From a virus (Duplodnaviria; Heunggongvirae; Uroviricota; Caudoviricetes): DNA of 64,000 nucleotides. The notes under the pieces were generated by a model. The model was not told the DNA's origin, searched no databases, and worked only from the letters and a program-made list of their open reading frames with translations. The stretch lies in the IMG/VR virus record IMGVR_UViG_3300028888_000113; one strand, written 5' to 3'. A program made the translations under genes and the position numbers. Of this stretch, positions 38,094-48,043 are shown in pieces. Position 1 is the first letter of the stretch; every line of letters starts with the position of its first letter.

Positions 38094-38792
38094 TTATTTC
38101 TTCTCTTCTTCGACCTTCGGGAGTTTGCCACGGGCACGGAGCTTTGCCTTATAGGCCTCACGCTTAGCAAGAGCGGCTTGATCTTCCGTTTTGCCGCCAG
38201 GCTGTTCCTTACGCGGCTTCTCGTACTTGATGCCTGCCTTTTTCAGTTCCTCAACATAGTCGTTTTCGGCCTGATTGGCAAGCTTGGAAATGTCATACTG
38301 CTCTCCCTCGTTGAGTGAAGGCAACTTGAAGCGTCCGAACACCTGATCGGCAAAGTAATTCTTCACCTCAATCTTGGCTTCCTTGAACTTCTCGTTGAAC
38401 TTCTTCCGTACCTCGGCAATGACTTTGTCGTCTGCCTCCTTCTGGTCTTTCTGCTTGAGACTGTTTTTCAACTCGTTAATCTGATCCTGCATGGCCTTAT
38501 ACTTCGGATCGTCTTCCTCGTTAGGCTTAGTATCAGGTTTCGGAGGTGTCTGCGTCGGATGCTTCTTCTTCCAGTCATTGATCTGGGTGCCTGCCTCCTT
38601 CGCTACGTTGCCGTTCATTCGGAGAAGACGCTGGGCAATCCGTTTGCAACATGCTTCGTCAAAATGAGAATCGTCGGTTATTCCTTCAAGTTCTGCATCT
38701 AACTCTGCGTTAATAGTCTCTTCGCTAAGCACTGTGATGCGTGATTCGCCAAATTGTGCTTCTACTAATGGTCTGAGTGATTCTCTATCCAT
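38094..38792 (-). CDS. Scaffolding protein candidate
   Basis: 232 aa, highly charged K/E-rich alpha-helical sequence directly upstream of the capsid gene. Confidence 0.45.
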   Translation of the reverse strand: MDRESLRPLVEAQFGESRITVLSEETINAELDAELEGITDDSHFDEACCKRIAQRLLRMNGNVAKEAGTQINDWKKKHPTQTPPKPDTKPNEEDDPKYKAMQDQINELKNSLKQKDQKEADDKVIAEVRKKFNEKFKEAKIEVKNYFADQVFGRFKLPSLNEGEQYDISKLANQAENDYVEELKKAGIKYEKPRKEQPGGKTEDQAALAKREAYKAKLRARGKLPKVEEEKK

Positions 38793-38841
38793 GATGTTTT
38801 AATTGATAAGTTAATATTGATGATTTCAATGTTATCCTGAG

Positions 38842-38914
38842 TGGCGGGAAGCGGACTCGAACCGCTGACCTCAAGGCTATGATCCTCGCGAGCTACCAAC
38901 TGCTCCATCCCGCG
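38842..38914 (-). tRNA. tRNA-Met (CAT)
   Basis: I folded it by hand. Acceptor CGCGGGA/TCCCGCC (1-72 C.C mismatch), D-arm TGGAGCAGTTGGTAGCTCG, anticodon stem CGAGG/CCTTG with loop ATCATAG, T-loop TTCGAGT. Confidence 0.75.
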
Positions 38915-39085
38915 ATGTTTGCCCCACACTTGGGGCTGATATTTAATGAAAGGAAGGCCTTCGCAGGCTTTATTTTTGAATAAATATACTAATTTTCTGC
39001 AAAAATATGAATAAAAATCGTATAAAACAAATATTTTTGCGTATTTTTGCACAAAAATATGAATATTTATACGTTTTAGGGGCAA

Positions 39086-40777
39086 ATGGAGAAGTTTTCA
39101 GGATTAAAAATGCCCGATGGCGAGCCAATTCTGACTCAAGAGTATATAAATTCCCTCCAACAGCAGGCTATAGCGAAAAAACTAAGGAATGCTATCGTGC
39201 CACAGGCTGGCGGTCAGGAAAATATGCTCTCTATAAACGTGGATATTCTGATATGCGGTGGTAGCCGTGGTGGATCAAAGTCTTTCTCCCTGCTCATGGA
39301 AGCACTCAAGGATATTTTCAATCCTGATTTCCATGCAGCCGTTTTCCGAAACAACAAGAAAGCGATGGAGAAGCTTATTCGAGACTCACGAAAACTATAT
39401 TCTCAGTACGGCACCTACAACAAGTCTCAGTCGGATATGACCTGGAACTTCACGGCAGGGGGTACACTCGGATTCTATTACCATGATGACTCAGACGATG
39501 ACTTCAAGGAGCGTTTTCAGGGACAGGAATACGCATATATCGCCATCGACGAGATTACGCATATCTCATACAAGAAATTCAAATATCTTACAACTTGTAA
39601 CCGTAATGCCTACGGCATTAGAAATAGATTCTGGGGCACTTGTAACCCCGATCCTCGCTCTTGGGTACGTCAGTTCATTGACTGGTGGATCGACAAAGAC
39701 GGATATATTGATCCTGCAAGGGATGGAAAGGTACGCTATTGCTTCATGAAGGGCGAACGTGTCAATCAGATTGTCTGGGGTGACAGTAGGCATGAGGTTT
39801 ATCTCAAGTGCAAGGAAGAGATCGATGAATTGTGGAAGCCAGAGTTTGATGCTCTCGGACTTGACAAGGAGCAGACGATGGTGTTGTCTGTCGCTTTTGT
39901 GCGTGCAGACCTCGCACAGAACCCAATGCTTCTGCTTTCAGACCCTTCTTACCTGTCACGTCTTGCACAACAGGACAAAGGACAGGTGCTTCGTGACCTC
40001 AAGGCAAACTGGAATGCCTCTGAGGCTGGCGATGACATGATTTCATACGATGAACTTGAATCCATCTTCAACAACCCGCATCAGTATGGGGATGGTATCA
40101 GACGATGCACAGCGGATATTGCCCTTGAAGGTGGTGATAACCTTGTCATGTATCTTTGGATAGGATGGCATATAGCGGACTTCTGCTGCATAAACGTCAA
40201 TTCAAAGACGGCTGTCTCGGTCATCAGACGGAAACTGAGAGAGTGGGGAGTGGCAGAAGAGAATTTCTGCTATGACTACCAAGGATTAGGACAGCTCGTA
40301 AAGGGATTCTTCCCAGAGGCCATACCGTTCAACAACCAGTCAGCACCAATAGCGGAAGACGATGATGAATATGATGGCGTGAAGTACCTCTACAAAGACC
40401 TCAAATCGCAATGCGCGTACATTATTTATCGTAAACTCAAGGAAATGAACATATCCTTTGAGGAAAGCCTGCTCGACACGAAAGTATCAGGAAATGGCTA
40501 CGAAGATGTCCTGCTTCGAGACGTTCTGCAGAAAGAACGTCAGTCTTTACGTCGTGATCCCGACACGAAAGACAAAGGTTTCTGCCTCATGCCTAAGAAG
40601 AAGTCCAAACTGATTGTAGGACACTCGCCTGACTGGTGGGAGTCTCTTTATTTCCGTGCATACTTTGAGATAGCACAGCCTGTTCAGCTCAACATTGAAA
40701 ATGAGTGGATGCTCGGTGCAGAAATGGATATGGACTTAGTTGAAGATGATGATTTTGAATATGAAATGGAATTATAA
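39086..40777 (+). CDS. terL: Terminase large subunit
   Basis: N-terminal ATPase Walker A-like GGSRGGSKS, Walker B YIAIDEITH. 563 aa followed by the portal gene. Confidence 0.8.
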   Translation: MEKFSGLKMPDGEPILTQEYINSLQQQAIAKKLRNAIVPQAGGQENMLSINVDILICGGSRGGSKSFSLLMEALKDIFNPDFHAAVFRNNKKAMEKLIRDSRKLYSQYGTYNKSQSDMTWNFTAGGTLGFYYHDDSDDDFKERFQGQEYAYIAIDEITHISYKKFKYLTTCNRNAYGIRNRFWGTCNPDPRSWVRQFIDWWIDKDGYIDPARDGKVRYCFMKGERVNQIVWGDSRHEVYLKCKEEIDELWKPEFDALGLDKEQTMVLSVAFVRADLAQNPMLLLSDPSYLSRLAQQDKGQVLRDLKANWNASEAGDDMISYDELESIFNNPHQYGDGIRRCTADIALEGGDNLVMYLWIGWHIADFCCINVNSKTAVSVIRRKLREWGVAEENFCYDYQGLGQLVKGFFPEAIPFNNQSAPIAEDDDEYDGVKYLYKDLKSQCAYIIYRKLKEMNISFEESLLDTKVSGNGYEDVLLRDVLQKERQSLRRDPDTKDKGFCLMPKKKSKLIVGHSPDWWESLYFRAYFEIAQPVQLNIENEWMLGAEMDMDLVEDDDFEYEMEL

Positions 40778-40788
40778 TTTTATAGCGT

Positions 40789-42459
40789 ATGACAAAGAGC
40801 TTAGATTTTAAAGAAATCCTTGTTCGCAGACCGATATATAAGGTCTTGCCAAGTGACTCAAATTTGAAGTTTGAGACTTACCAAGGTAACGACATGTCGG
40901 AGCCGGATGATCCGCTGAAACTGCAAGTCTATACGCAGTCTCAGATGCTCCGCGAGTATTATCCATCTGGACACAACATCAACAATCCGATTCTGTACCC
41001 TGATGTGTGGAAGAAGGCACCCGTGCCTGGAAAGCCGGGTAAAGCACGCTATTTCCGTCAGCCTATTACCCGCGTAGCACTGGCTTTCCAGAGAATCATC
41101 AAGGTAAAGGCCAATGTTCATATCTGTGGTAATGATGCACAGTTTGAACTCGCATCACATGAGAAAGACGAGTTGAAGACTCTTGAGAACACCCTGCATC
41201 TGCTTGAGTTCAAAGAGGGATGGCTCACAATGGGGATGGAGGAACGTATGTATGATGCCGTTGACTCTATCCATACCGTTTCTGATGCCGCATTAGTAGG
41301 GTATTTCGACGAAGACGGAAACCCGCAAGCAAAGGTATTCTCTTTCATTAATGGTGATAAACTATATCCGCATTACGATTCCATCACGGGAAAGATGAAA
41401 CTCTTCGCACGTAAGTACCGTGACCTTGATGAAGACGGTAAGAGCACGACAGAGTATGTTGAGGTGTGGGATGACAAATTCCTCTACAGATACAAACGTG
41501 ACATTTCGAGCAATGAGCTATTCGAGAAATTCAGAGGTATCTTCGGACTCAATGGATTCAAACAGGTCGGCGAGCCTGTAGAACACGGCTTCCCATTCAT
41601 TCCTGTTGCTTATCATGTCAATATCGAAGGTCCAGTATGGGCATTCTCTCAGGACACCATCGAGAAATATGAGGAAGCAATGTCTTACTTCTTTGAGAAC
41701 AACAAGGCATACGCTTTCCCGATATTCTATGCAAAAGGTAAAGGCGTTAAGATCAGCGGCAGCATGAACGGTGCAGTCAAGGCAGTAGCCATCAGCGATC
41801 CGAAGGGAGAGGCAGGCTTCTTGAATCAGGCCGATGTGTCTGCATCTTACAATACCTTGCTCACGAAGCTCTACGATCTTATCTATGAGCAGTCGTTTGC
41901 AGTGAAGCCTCCCGAATTGAAGTCTGGCGACCTGCCAGGCGTAGCCGTCAAACTGCTGTTCAGCCCTGCTATCGAACTGGCAATAGGTGGAGTTGCGCAC
42001 TATCAGGATTTCCTTGAGCAGTGTGTCCGCATCGTCAAATACGGATGGGGCTTCAAGATCGGAAAGCCTGCATCATTAATGAATCTGCCTATCAAGGCAT
42101 GGCTTGAGCCTTATATCCATCAGAATGACTCCGAGTTGATGCAGAACCTTCAAATCGGTGTTCAGAACGGCTTTATCTCCAAGCAGACAGCATCAGAGAG
42201 AGCATCCAAGTACACAAAGAATGATGAAGTGGATCGTATTCTCAAGGAATATAAGCAGAAGCAGGAACTTGATCTTCTCTACGAGATAAAGAAAAAGAAG
42301 GCAGAAGTCGAAGCAGAGATAGAGAAATTAAAGCAGACATCGAAGATACAGGCCAAGCAGGGCAATGTGCGCACTGGCAATGGCCGCACACGGACAACCG
42401 ACGAGAACGGCAATCATCCAGGAGAGAATAATTGGGAAGAATGGGACAAAAATCACTAA
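40789..42459 (+). CDS. Portal protein
   Basis: 556-aa ORF immediately after terL. Size and position typical. Confidence 0.55.
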   Translation: MTKSLDFKEILVRRPIYKVLPSDSNLKFETYQGNDMSEPDDPLKLQVYTQSQMLREYYPSGHNINNPILYPDVWKKAPVPGKPGKARYFRQPITRVALAFQRIIKVKANVHICGNDAQFELASHEKDELKTLENTLHLLEFKEGWLTMGMEERMYDAVDSIHTVSDAALVGYFDEDGNPQAKVFSFINGDKLYPHYDSITGKMKLFARKYRDLDEDGKSTTEYVEVWDDKFLYRYKRDISSNELFEKFRGIFGLNGFKQVGEPVEHGFPFIPVAYHVNIEGPVWAFSQDTIEKYEEAMSYFFENNKAYAFPIFYAKGKGVKISGSMNGAVKAVAISDPKGEAGFLNQADVSASYNTLLTKLYDLIYEQSFAVKPPELKSGDLPGVAVKLLFSPAIELAIGGVAHYQDFLEQCVRIVKYGWGFKIGKPASLMNLPIKAWLEPYIHQNDSELMQNLQIGVQNGFISKQTASERASKYTKNDEVDRILKEYKQKQELDLLYEIKKKKAEVEAEIEKLKQTSKIQAKQGNVRTGNGRTRTTDENGNHPGENNWEEWDKNH

Positions 42460-42462
42460 GAC

Positions 42463-43011
42463 ATGGATATAGACGTATCATCAAAACTCAATAAGGTTGC
42501 ACGTCAGTATAAGTTGACACCAGAGCAGCTTGCATTTGCAGACCTCGTTACTCAGGGATGGCCAGAGGAAGACGCTTGGGCTGTTGCCATTCGCAAGGGC
42601 GCGACGTGGAACCGCACGGCACTCAAGGCAGAGGTGGCGAAGCTATTGGCATCTGAGCCTGTGCAGCAACGAATAGCAGAAAACAAGAAAGTTCTGCAGC
42701 AGACTGAGATAGACAAGATTCAGCAGGAAATGAAAGATAATGCCGATGAACTTCTTGAACAGGCCACCAATAAGGAAAAGAAGCTCATAGAGTTGCAAAC
42801 CATCCTGCAGAGCCTCAAGCCTGGATCTACCGAATACAACAAGGTCAATGACCAGATCATCAACATATCAAGAATGAAGCAGAACGAAGTAAAGACGGAT
42901 GACAAAACGGTACATTACTATCTGCCTGTGTCTTATCCTACTGGCTGTCAGGACTGCCTTTATTCAAGATGTGATCAATGCAAATACAAGAAAGCATCAG
43001 AAGAATCCTAA
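42463..43011 (+). CDS. Terminase small subunit-like HTH protein
   Basis: LTPEQLAFADLVTQGWPEEDAWAVAIRKG resembles the TerS LTxKQxxFxxxY...A...AGY motif. Unusual position (after portal). Confidence 0.35.
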   Translation: MDIDVSSKLNKVARQYKLTPEQLAFADLVTQGWPEEDAWAVAIRKGATWNRTALKAEVAKLLASEPVQQRIAENKKVLQQTEIDKIQQEMKDNADELLEQATNKEKKLIELQTILQSLKPGSTEYNKVNDQIINISRMKQNEVKTDDKTVHYYLPVSYPTGCQDCLYSRCDQCKYKKASEES

Positions 43012-43076
43012 CTTCAACACTATTTTTGTCTATATTTGAAGGGGAACCACTCGTGAGAGCAGTTCCCCTTCTCTTA

Positions 43077-43340
43077 TTACATTCCTAAGAGTCTTCTAAG
43101 AAGACGAAGACCCTTCTTTGTTGGTTTTTTCTTATCGCCAATTCGTGGAATGTGTCTGATTTCTGACACCATATATCCCTGAATATAACCAGGCTCAAAT
43201 TCAATCTTTAAATTGAACTCATTATAAGGATCAAAGCCAACAACTTTGCCAATCTGATGATAACGAGAGTTACAGACGATGATCTCAACGTAGTCACCGA
43301 TCTTATACAGACTACTTGCCGACTTCTTGCTTTCTTCCAT
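43077..43340 (-). CDS. Hypothetical protein
   Basis: 87-aa ORF. Confidence 0.3.
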   Translation of the reverse strand: MEESKKSASSLYKIGDYVEIIVCNSRYHQIGKVVGFDPYNEFNLKIEFEPGYIQGYMVSEIRHIPRIGDKKKPTKKGLRLLRRLLGM

Positions 43341-43821
43341 ATTCTGCTATAAGCAAAGCGTCACAAGTGGCATTGGTGATCTTCTTGCCGAGAGAAGGAA
43401 ACAAAGATTGGCACTTTGCCTTTAGCTTCAACTTGTGTTCCTTCTTCTCTGCTGCTGTCGATTTCGTAATACTCGAATGGCCGACAGAATATAGCTTCTG
43501 CCATTTCTGAGGTGTCACATCGTTGGTGCTTAGCTTCAATGCAAGAAGGGCCATCTCAAGATGACCGCATCCCTTACCGAAACTGAATGCAGACGAAGCA
43601 CCTTGACCTGGTATTCCACCGACTTTCTCAATATACACAACAACGTCCGGCTCACACATCTGTGAGGCTGTCGATGCTGCATGAGCCATGAGTGCCACAA
43701 GATGATCATAAAGATCTTTAGGTGTCTCAGGCATCTTCTCTACGTTGATAACTTTGCCATTCTGGTCGAGCATGGCAATGCCACCTTTCTCTCCTGGATC
43801 TATACCGACGATGAACTTCAT
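43312..43821 (-). CDS. RuvC-like Holliday junction resolvase
   Basis: N-terminal IVGIDPGEKGGIAMLD (RuvC-fold catalytic Asp motif). 169 aa. Confidence 0.6.
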   Translation of the reverse strand: MKFIVGIDPGEKGGIAMLDQNGKVINVEKMPETPKDLYDHLVALMAHAASTASQMCEPDVVVYIEKVGGIPGQGASSAFSFGKGCGHLEMALLALKLSTNDVTPQKWQKLYSVGHSSITKSTAAEKKEHKLKLKAKCQSLFPSLGKKITNATCDALLIAEYGRKQEVGK

Positions 43822-44051
43822 AATAACTTCTTTCTTAAATTCGTAATAGTCTCTGCAATCTTTCCCAACTGATCTGATACCATCGTATCATTACATACAG
43901 GAATGAAATTCGGCATGTCGGTGCCGTTCTCGATAGCACAGCAGATAGAATCAATGGTGTCAGTAACCCGTGTGTGGTCCTGAACAATCTCGAGCACTTT
44001 ATCAGTTACCTTCATCAGAGCCTCCTTTCTGTTCTGCCTGTTTCTGAGCAT
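43818..44051 (-). CDS. Hypothetical protein
   Basis: 77-aa ORF. Confidence 0.3.
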   Translation of the reverse strand: MLRNRQNRKEALMKVTDKVLEIVQDHTRVTDTIDSICCAIENGTDMPNFIPVCNDTMVSDQLGKIAETITNLRKKLL

Positions 44052-44592
44052 CAGAAACCATGTTGATGATGTTTGCCTTGGCTTCTTCCTCAGCCTTCAC
44101 CTCTTCGAGAATCTTGTCATCCTCGGCTTTCTCTTCTGGAGTCTCTGCATTTCTTCTCAATGCAGTCTGACGTTCAATCAAGGCTTTCAGGGCATTGCCT
44201 TTGTCAGCATAGTAGATACTGTCACCCTGTACAGTCGTGTCGGTCATCCACATACCGAACAGATGGGCAAAGTCGGCAATGGTCTCGTATTCAGGCTCAC
44301 GCCCTTCCTGTGCTGCAAGCAGGGCCAGAGGCAGAACACGGTCAATGTGCAAGAAGACACCAGTGTTACAACAGAACTCTATGGACCAAATCTGACTGAT
44401 GGCCTCAACCTTGATATATGGCAGGCCGTTACGTGTCAGCTGTTTCTTCACTTCGGGGTGAATGTCCTTGTCTTCACGAATGGACTTCAACTGCTGCTTG
44501 CTCAGCGTCTTCGTGTACTTGAGGACAGTGTAGTTCCCCACCTGAATCTTTCTGCCAAAGGGCAGTACCAAAATCTCGTTTTTCTCTTCCAT
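44002..44592 (-). CDS. Hypothetical protein (primase-associated)
   Basis: 196-aa ORF. Its stop abuts the primase start. Confidence 0.35.
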   Translation of the reverse strand: MEEKNEILVLPFGRKIQVGNYTVLKYTKTLSKQQLKSIREDKDIHPEVKKQLTRNGLPYIKVEAISQIWSIEFCCNTGVFLHIDRVLPLALLAAQEGREPEYETIADFAHLFGMWMTDTTVQGDSIYYADKGNALKALIERQTALRRNAETPEEKAEDDKILEEVKAEEEAKANIINMVSDAQKQAEQKGGSDEGN

Positions 44593-44593
44593 G

Positions 44594-46117
44594 TTAATCG
44601 TCTTCTTTTATGAATGTTCCTTTTTCTTCTATGTAATCTACTTGCATATTCGCATCGTGAATGATGAATGGCTCTGCAAGACGTTCCTCGTTGCAGCCAT
44701 AGATAATGTACCTGTAGCCCTCGGCGAAGTGCTGCTTTGCAAACCCGAACTTTCCCATCGTATGCCCGAACTTTTGACGTGACGGCACTTCTGCCTCATT
44801 GTCATTACAGAACCGCACAAGACTCTCGTAGAGGTCTGCCGTCGGTATCTTCACGGATTCCTCATGAAGTGCGCCTGGCTCCTTGCGCATCTGATAAGAG
44901 TTGATCCATGCGATGACGGGATTCATCTGCAACTGAGCAAGCAATATCTGTCTTCTGTTTCCTTCCGATGAAGGGAATACAAACTTCCTGCGCTTCAACT
45001 CCCTCGATCCTCTCAGAATCCAGTTGAAGATACCGGGGTACTCAGCCACCAACTCCCGCGACAAAGCAGGATTCTGCTTATCCTTCGGGATGGTAATCTC
45101 AAAGGATATGAACTGCAAGCGCCTGATGAAACCCAAACTCTGATCGTCAGAGTAGGGCAGCTCGTTCAGATTGAAGATCAAGAAGGGAATATTGTAATTC
45201 TCCTTCACGTCCTCGCCCAGCTTCCTGTCCGTCACACTCTCACCTGATACGATGCGCTTGAAGACACCTGTGCGCTTGCGTCCGAACGTCCGCTGGTCAG
45301 AGTCAGAAGACCAGTTGAAGATGGCTTCTCTCAGCAAGCGTCTCGCCCTCATTCCTTCATCACCCGTAGCCGTCAGGTCATCATAGTCCAAGCCAGAGAT
45401 TCTTTCCTTACCGAAGATGCCGATTGCAGTATCATAGATGGTACTCTTTCCGTTGGCACCAGCACCAAGCAGGATAAGGCACAATTCTATCTTTGCAGCA
45501 TTCTTGCCCTCATAAGGATTATAGACAGTACCACGCTCCATCAATCCCAAGCCTAAGAACATCTGCAGTATCAGACGGCTGTTTTTATCGGGCAGGACCT
45601 CATGGAGAAAGTTATTCCACTTGTTACACTTGGCCTTCTCGTTGTACTCGTAAGGATGGTAGTAGGTCACATGGAACCTCGGACTGAAATCATACAGGCG
45701 GTACTCTCTCAGGTCCAGTACACCATTCTTGAAGGCAATGAGATCATGCCTCGGCAGAAGCGGATTGAAGTACCTGATGACATCGGTGAAGTATTTCTTG
45801 CAGACACCTTTATCACCAATCATCGGCACTATCCTCAGATGCTCCAGCAGCAAGTCATAGGCGGCTACAATCAGTTCCTCCCTGATAGTGACATATATCT
45901 TGTCATCATACATATAGAACTCACCATCATAATACTTAATGTTGCAGTCCTTTGCCAACAGCCTTACCTTCTCAATGAAGTCGAGTTTCTTATCAAGGTA
46001 TGCCTCAGATGTCTTATAGCCCCAACGGCCCTTGAACTTCTCAAAGTTGAAGTCGCCATTGGAACACTGCCTAAGCAGACCTCCGTAAATCTTATCTATA
46101 ACTGTACTGTCTCTCAT
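44594..46117 (-). CDS. Phage/plasmid primase-helicase (P4/D5-type, P-loop NTPase)
   Basis: Walker A LLGAGANGKST plus a D5_N-like region. Start trimmed to Met (46115-46117) to avoid overlap with the tRNA-like element. Confidence 0.65.
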   Translation of the reverse strand: MRDSTVIDKIYGGLLRQCSNGDFNFEKFKGRWGYKTSEAYLDKKLDFIEKVRLLAKDCNIKYYDGEFYMYDDKIYVTIREELIVAAYDLLLEHLRIVPMIGDKGVCKKYFTDVIRYFNPLLPRHDLIAFKNGVLDLREYRLYDFSPRFHVTYYHPYEYNEKAKCNKWNNFLHEVLPDKNSRLILQMFLGLGLMERGTVYNPYEGKNAAKIELCLILLGAGANGKSTIYDTAIGIFGKERISGLDYDDLTATGDEGMRARRLLREAIFNWSSDSDQRTFGRKRTGVFKRIVSGESVTDRKLGEDVKENYNIPFLIFNLNELPYSDDQSLGFIRRLQFISFEITIPKDKQNPALSRELVAEYPGIFNWILRGSRELKRRKFVFPSSEGNRRQILLAQLQMNPVIAWINSYQMRKEPGALHEESVKIPTADLYESLVRFCNDNEAEVPSRQKFGHTMGKFGFAKQHFAEGYRYIIYGCNEERLAEPFIIHDANMQVDYIEEKGTFIKEDD

Positions 46118-46132
46118 TATTTCAAATTTTTG

Positions 46133-46218
46133 TAGGGGAGGGGAGGCTCGAACTCCCAACCTAACGTTCACGACGTTGCTCTACCAATGTCAGACTACCG
46201 ACTTATAGCTACTCCCCG
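46133..46218 (-). tRNA. Atypical tRNA-like element (type-II-length, possible pseudo-tRNA or att-site tRNA remnant)
   Basis: Canonical T-arm GGGAG-TTCGAGC-CTCCC. 7-bp acceptor CGGGGAG/CTCCCCT (1-72 C.U). D-arm GCTA-TAAGTCGG-TAGT. I could not fold a canonical anticodon arm. Candidate AACG-TCGTGAA-CGTT (GTG). Confidence 0.35.
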
Positions 46219-46225
46219 TACCAGT

Positions 46226-46513
46226 TTAATATTTCTTGAAAAGGAAACTCCTAAATTCCGCATCTTTCGTATCTTTGAGGTCTGAAATGAGAATGATTTC
46301 AGTTATAAACAGAAAAACATTGATGGCAGGAACAAACGTTAATATTAAAAATACGATTATTTGCCACATCTGGAATTTCAGCTTATCACCCTCTTCCCAG
46401 CTTTCCTTTCTACTAACTCTGCTTGTAGTATGATACGAACGGAAGAAAATCACCCACCACAGATATATTGTGATGAAGATGAACAGATAGTAGAATAGAA
46501 TAGCCCAGATCAT
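46226..46513 (-). CDS. Small 2-TM membrane protein (partner of the SPFH protein)
   Basis: 95 aa, two long hydrophobic helices. Stop overlaps the start of the SPFH gene (4-nt overlap). Confidence 0.4.
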   Translation of the reverse strand: MIWAILFYYLFIFITIYLWWVIFFRSYHTTSRVSRKESWEEGDKLKFQMWQIIVFLILTFVPAINVFLFITEIILISDLKDTKDAEFRSFLFKKY

Positions 46514-47340
46514 TTTCCTAACACTTTTGATACGTCAAGAATCTGGCCACTGGCACCCATGATGACAGGAACCTTGCCATCCCATTTCTCAATGAAGTCC
46601 TCTTGGATAATCATAGGACTCAGAGAAGCCGCAATAGTCTTGTTATAATAAGCCTCCGCATCGGCTTTGATCTTCATAGCCTTGGCATTACCTTCTGCCT
46701 TGGCAACGGCAATCTTAGCATTCGCCTCAGCCTCCTTTACCTCGTTCTCTGCCTTCAAGGCACTCTGAATGGCAGCGTTCTTAGCGTCAATCATAGACGT
46801 GAGAGATTTCGGTGGAGTGATCTTACTCGTAAATTCTTCGACAATGAAACCCTCTTGCATCAGAGACTTCTCAAGACGGGCACGCACATCACGCTCGAAG
46901 TTCGCACGATTAGACATGAGACTGTCAGAGGTGTACTGATTGGCACATGTCCTATATGCCTCGTAGATACAGGTCCTGATATAACCATCCTCCAGAGAAC
47001 GAACATCAACACGATACTTCACGAAAATGTCACATGCCTTATCCGGATTGATGTGGTAGGCTATAGTAGGATCCATTTCAAACAGAGACGCATCCTTCGC
47101 ATTCACGTTAATGGTCTCATACTGCTTACGCTGAGTAAAAGTAGGATAGGTGAAGACAGATGTGGTTATCGGGTTATACAGAACGATACCATTGCAAGTA
47201 CCCTCTACACCACCGTAATTCTCAGCATCGGAACTCCACTTGTGGAACTCAATGCCAACCTCACCGCTGTCAACAACGGTGCAAGACTGAAAACACACTG
47301 CGGCAATAAGCATTGCCATCGAATAGAATAATTTCTTCAT
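46510..47340 (-). CDS. SPFH/band-7 (prohibitin/HflC-like) lipoprotein
   Basis: Signal peptide MKKLFYSMAMLIAAVCFQSC (lipobox), then SPFH-like core and C-terminal AEA/AKA coiled coil (KEAEANAKIAVAKAEGNAKAMKIKADAEA). Confidence 0.55.
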   Translation of the reverse strand: MKKLFYSMAMLIAAVCFQSCTVVDSGEVGIEFHKWSSDAENYGGVEGTCNGIVLYNPITTSVFTYPTFTQRKQYETINVNAKDASLFEMDPTIAYHINPDKACDIFVKYRVDVRSLEDGYIRTCIYEAYRTCANQYTSDSLMSNRANFERDVRARLEKSLMQEGFIVEEFTSKITPPKSLTSMIDAKNAAIQSALKAENEVKEAEANAKIAVAKAEGNAKAMKIKADAEAYYNKTIAASLSPMIIQEDFIEKWDGKVPVIMGASGQILDVSKVLGK

Positions 47341-47374
47341 GTTGTTATTGAATTTAATGAATAATATGGTGAAA

Positions 47375-48043
47375 TCACCAGTTGAATACCCTCGCCCAGA
47401 AACCACGGCCTTTTAGTGCCGCCAGTTCCTCTTTATACTGATCGATGAACTTACTCAGTTCAATGTTGGCCTTCTTCTGACGCTCCAGTTCTTCCTCCAT
47501 CAGAGTGTTCGACTGCTGCAAAGTTCTGTTTTCAGAAGTTAGCTTGTTTATCTGCTCAAGACCAGCCTTTACTTTAATTTCAAGCCCATCTGCGACAGCT
47601 TTTAACCTGCCAGCCTCCTTTGAGAAATGAATATGGAGTTTACGCTCATTCTCAAGACCAGACTCCAACTCCCTCACCTGAGTAAGAGTAGGACGCACAC
47701 GTTTCTTCACTACCTTATAAGGCTGAGGACCGTCGGCCTTCCAGTCAACATAAGCATTCCTAAGACCCTCAACAGGCACATTCTCGACAATGCTGATCTC
47801 AAGAGTCTTCTTGTCAAAGCAAAGGCCATTCTTCTTCAATGCAGCAAAGAACAGCTTCTTCTCCTTCTCTGTGGCATGACGCGCATAACGCATATCAGTA
47901 CCAGCCGGAGCACCAGAAGTACAGTAGCAGGCAAGGCACTTATAGGCATCACCCTCAAACTTGTCATCAGTGAATATCCTGATGTTACCCAAACCACTCA
48001 CGATAACATCACCACTCTTGAAAATACGATCCTTTCCTATCAT
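47375..48043 (-). CDS. Coiled-coil hypothetical protein
   Basis: 222 aa. C-terminal heptad-rich segment. Confidence 0.35.
   Translation of the reverse strand: MIGKDRIFKSGDVIVSGLGNIRIFTDDKFEGDAYKCLACYCTSGAPAGTDMRYARHATEKEKKLFFAALKKNGLCFDKKTLEISIVENVPVEGLRNAYVDWKADGPQPYKVVKKRVRPTLTQVRELESGLENERKLHIHFSKEAGRLKAVADGLEIKVKAGLEQINKLTSENRTLQQSNTLMEEELERQKKANIELSKFIDQYKEELAALKGRGFWARVFNW

Noticed and set aside
38960-39085. Repeated AAAAATATGAATA and TATTTTTG boxes upstream of terL as a defined promoter
   Set aside because: The TAnnTTTG-like matches (TATTTTTG at about 38966 and 39032) are suggestive of Bacteroides -7 boxes. Without -33 TTTG partners at correct spacing I did not call a promoter. Noted only as an AT-rich putative promoter region.
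44594-46171. Annotated primase start at 46171 overlapping the tRNA-like element
   Set aside because: The first 18 codons overlap the tRNA-like structure and lack conservation. The internal Met at 46115-46117 gives a non-overlapping gene, so I trimmed the start.
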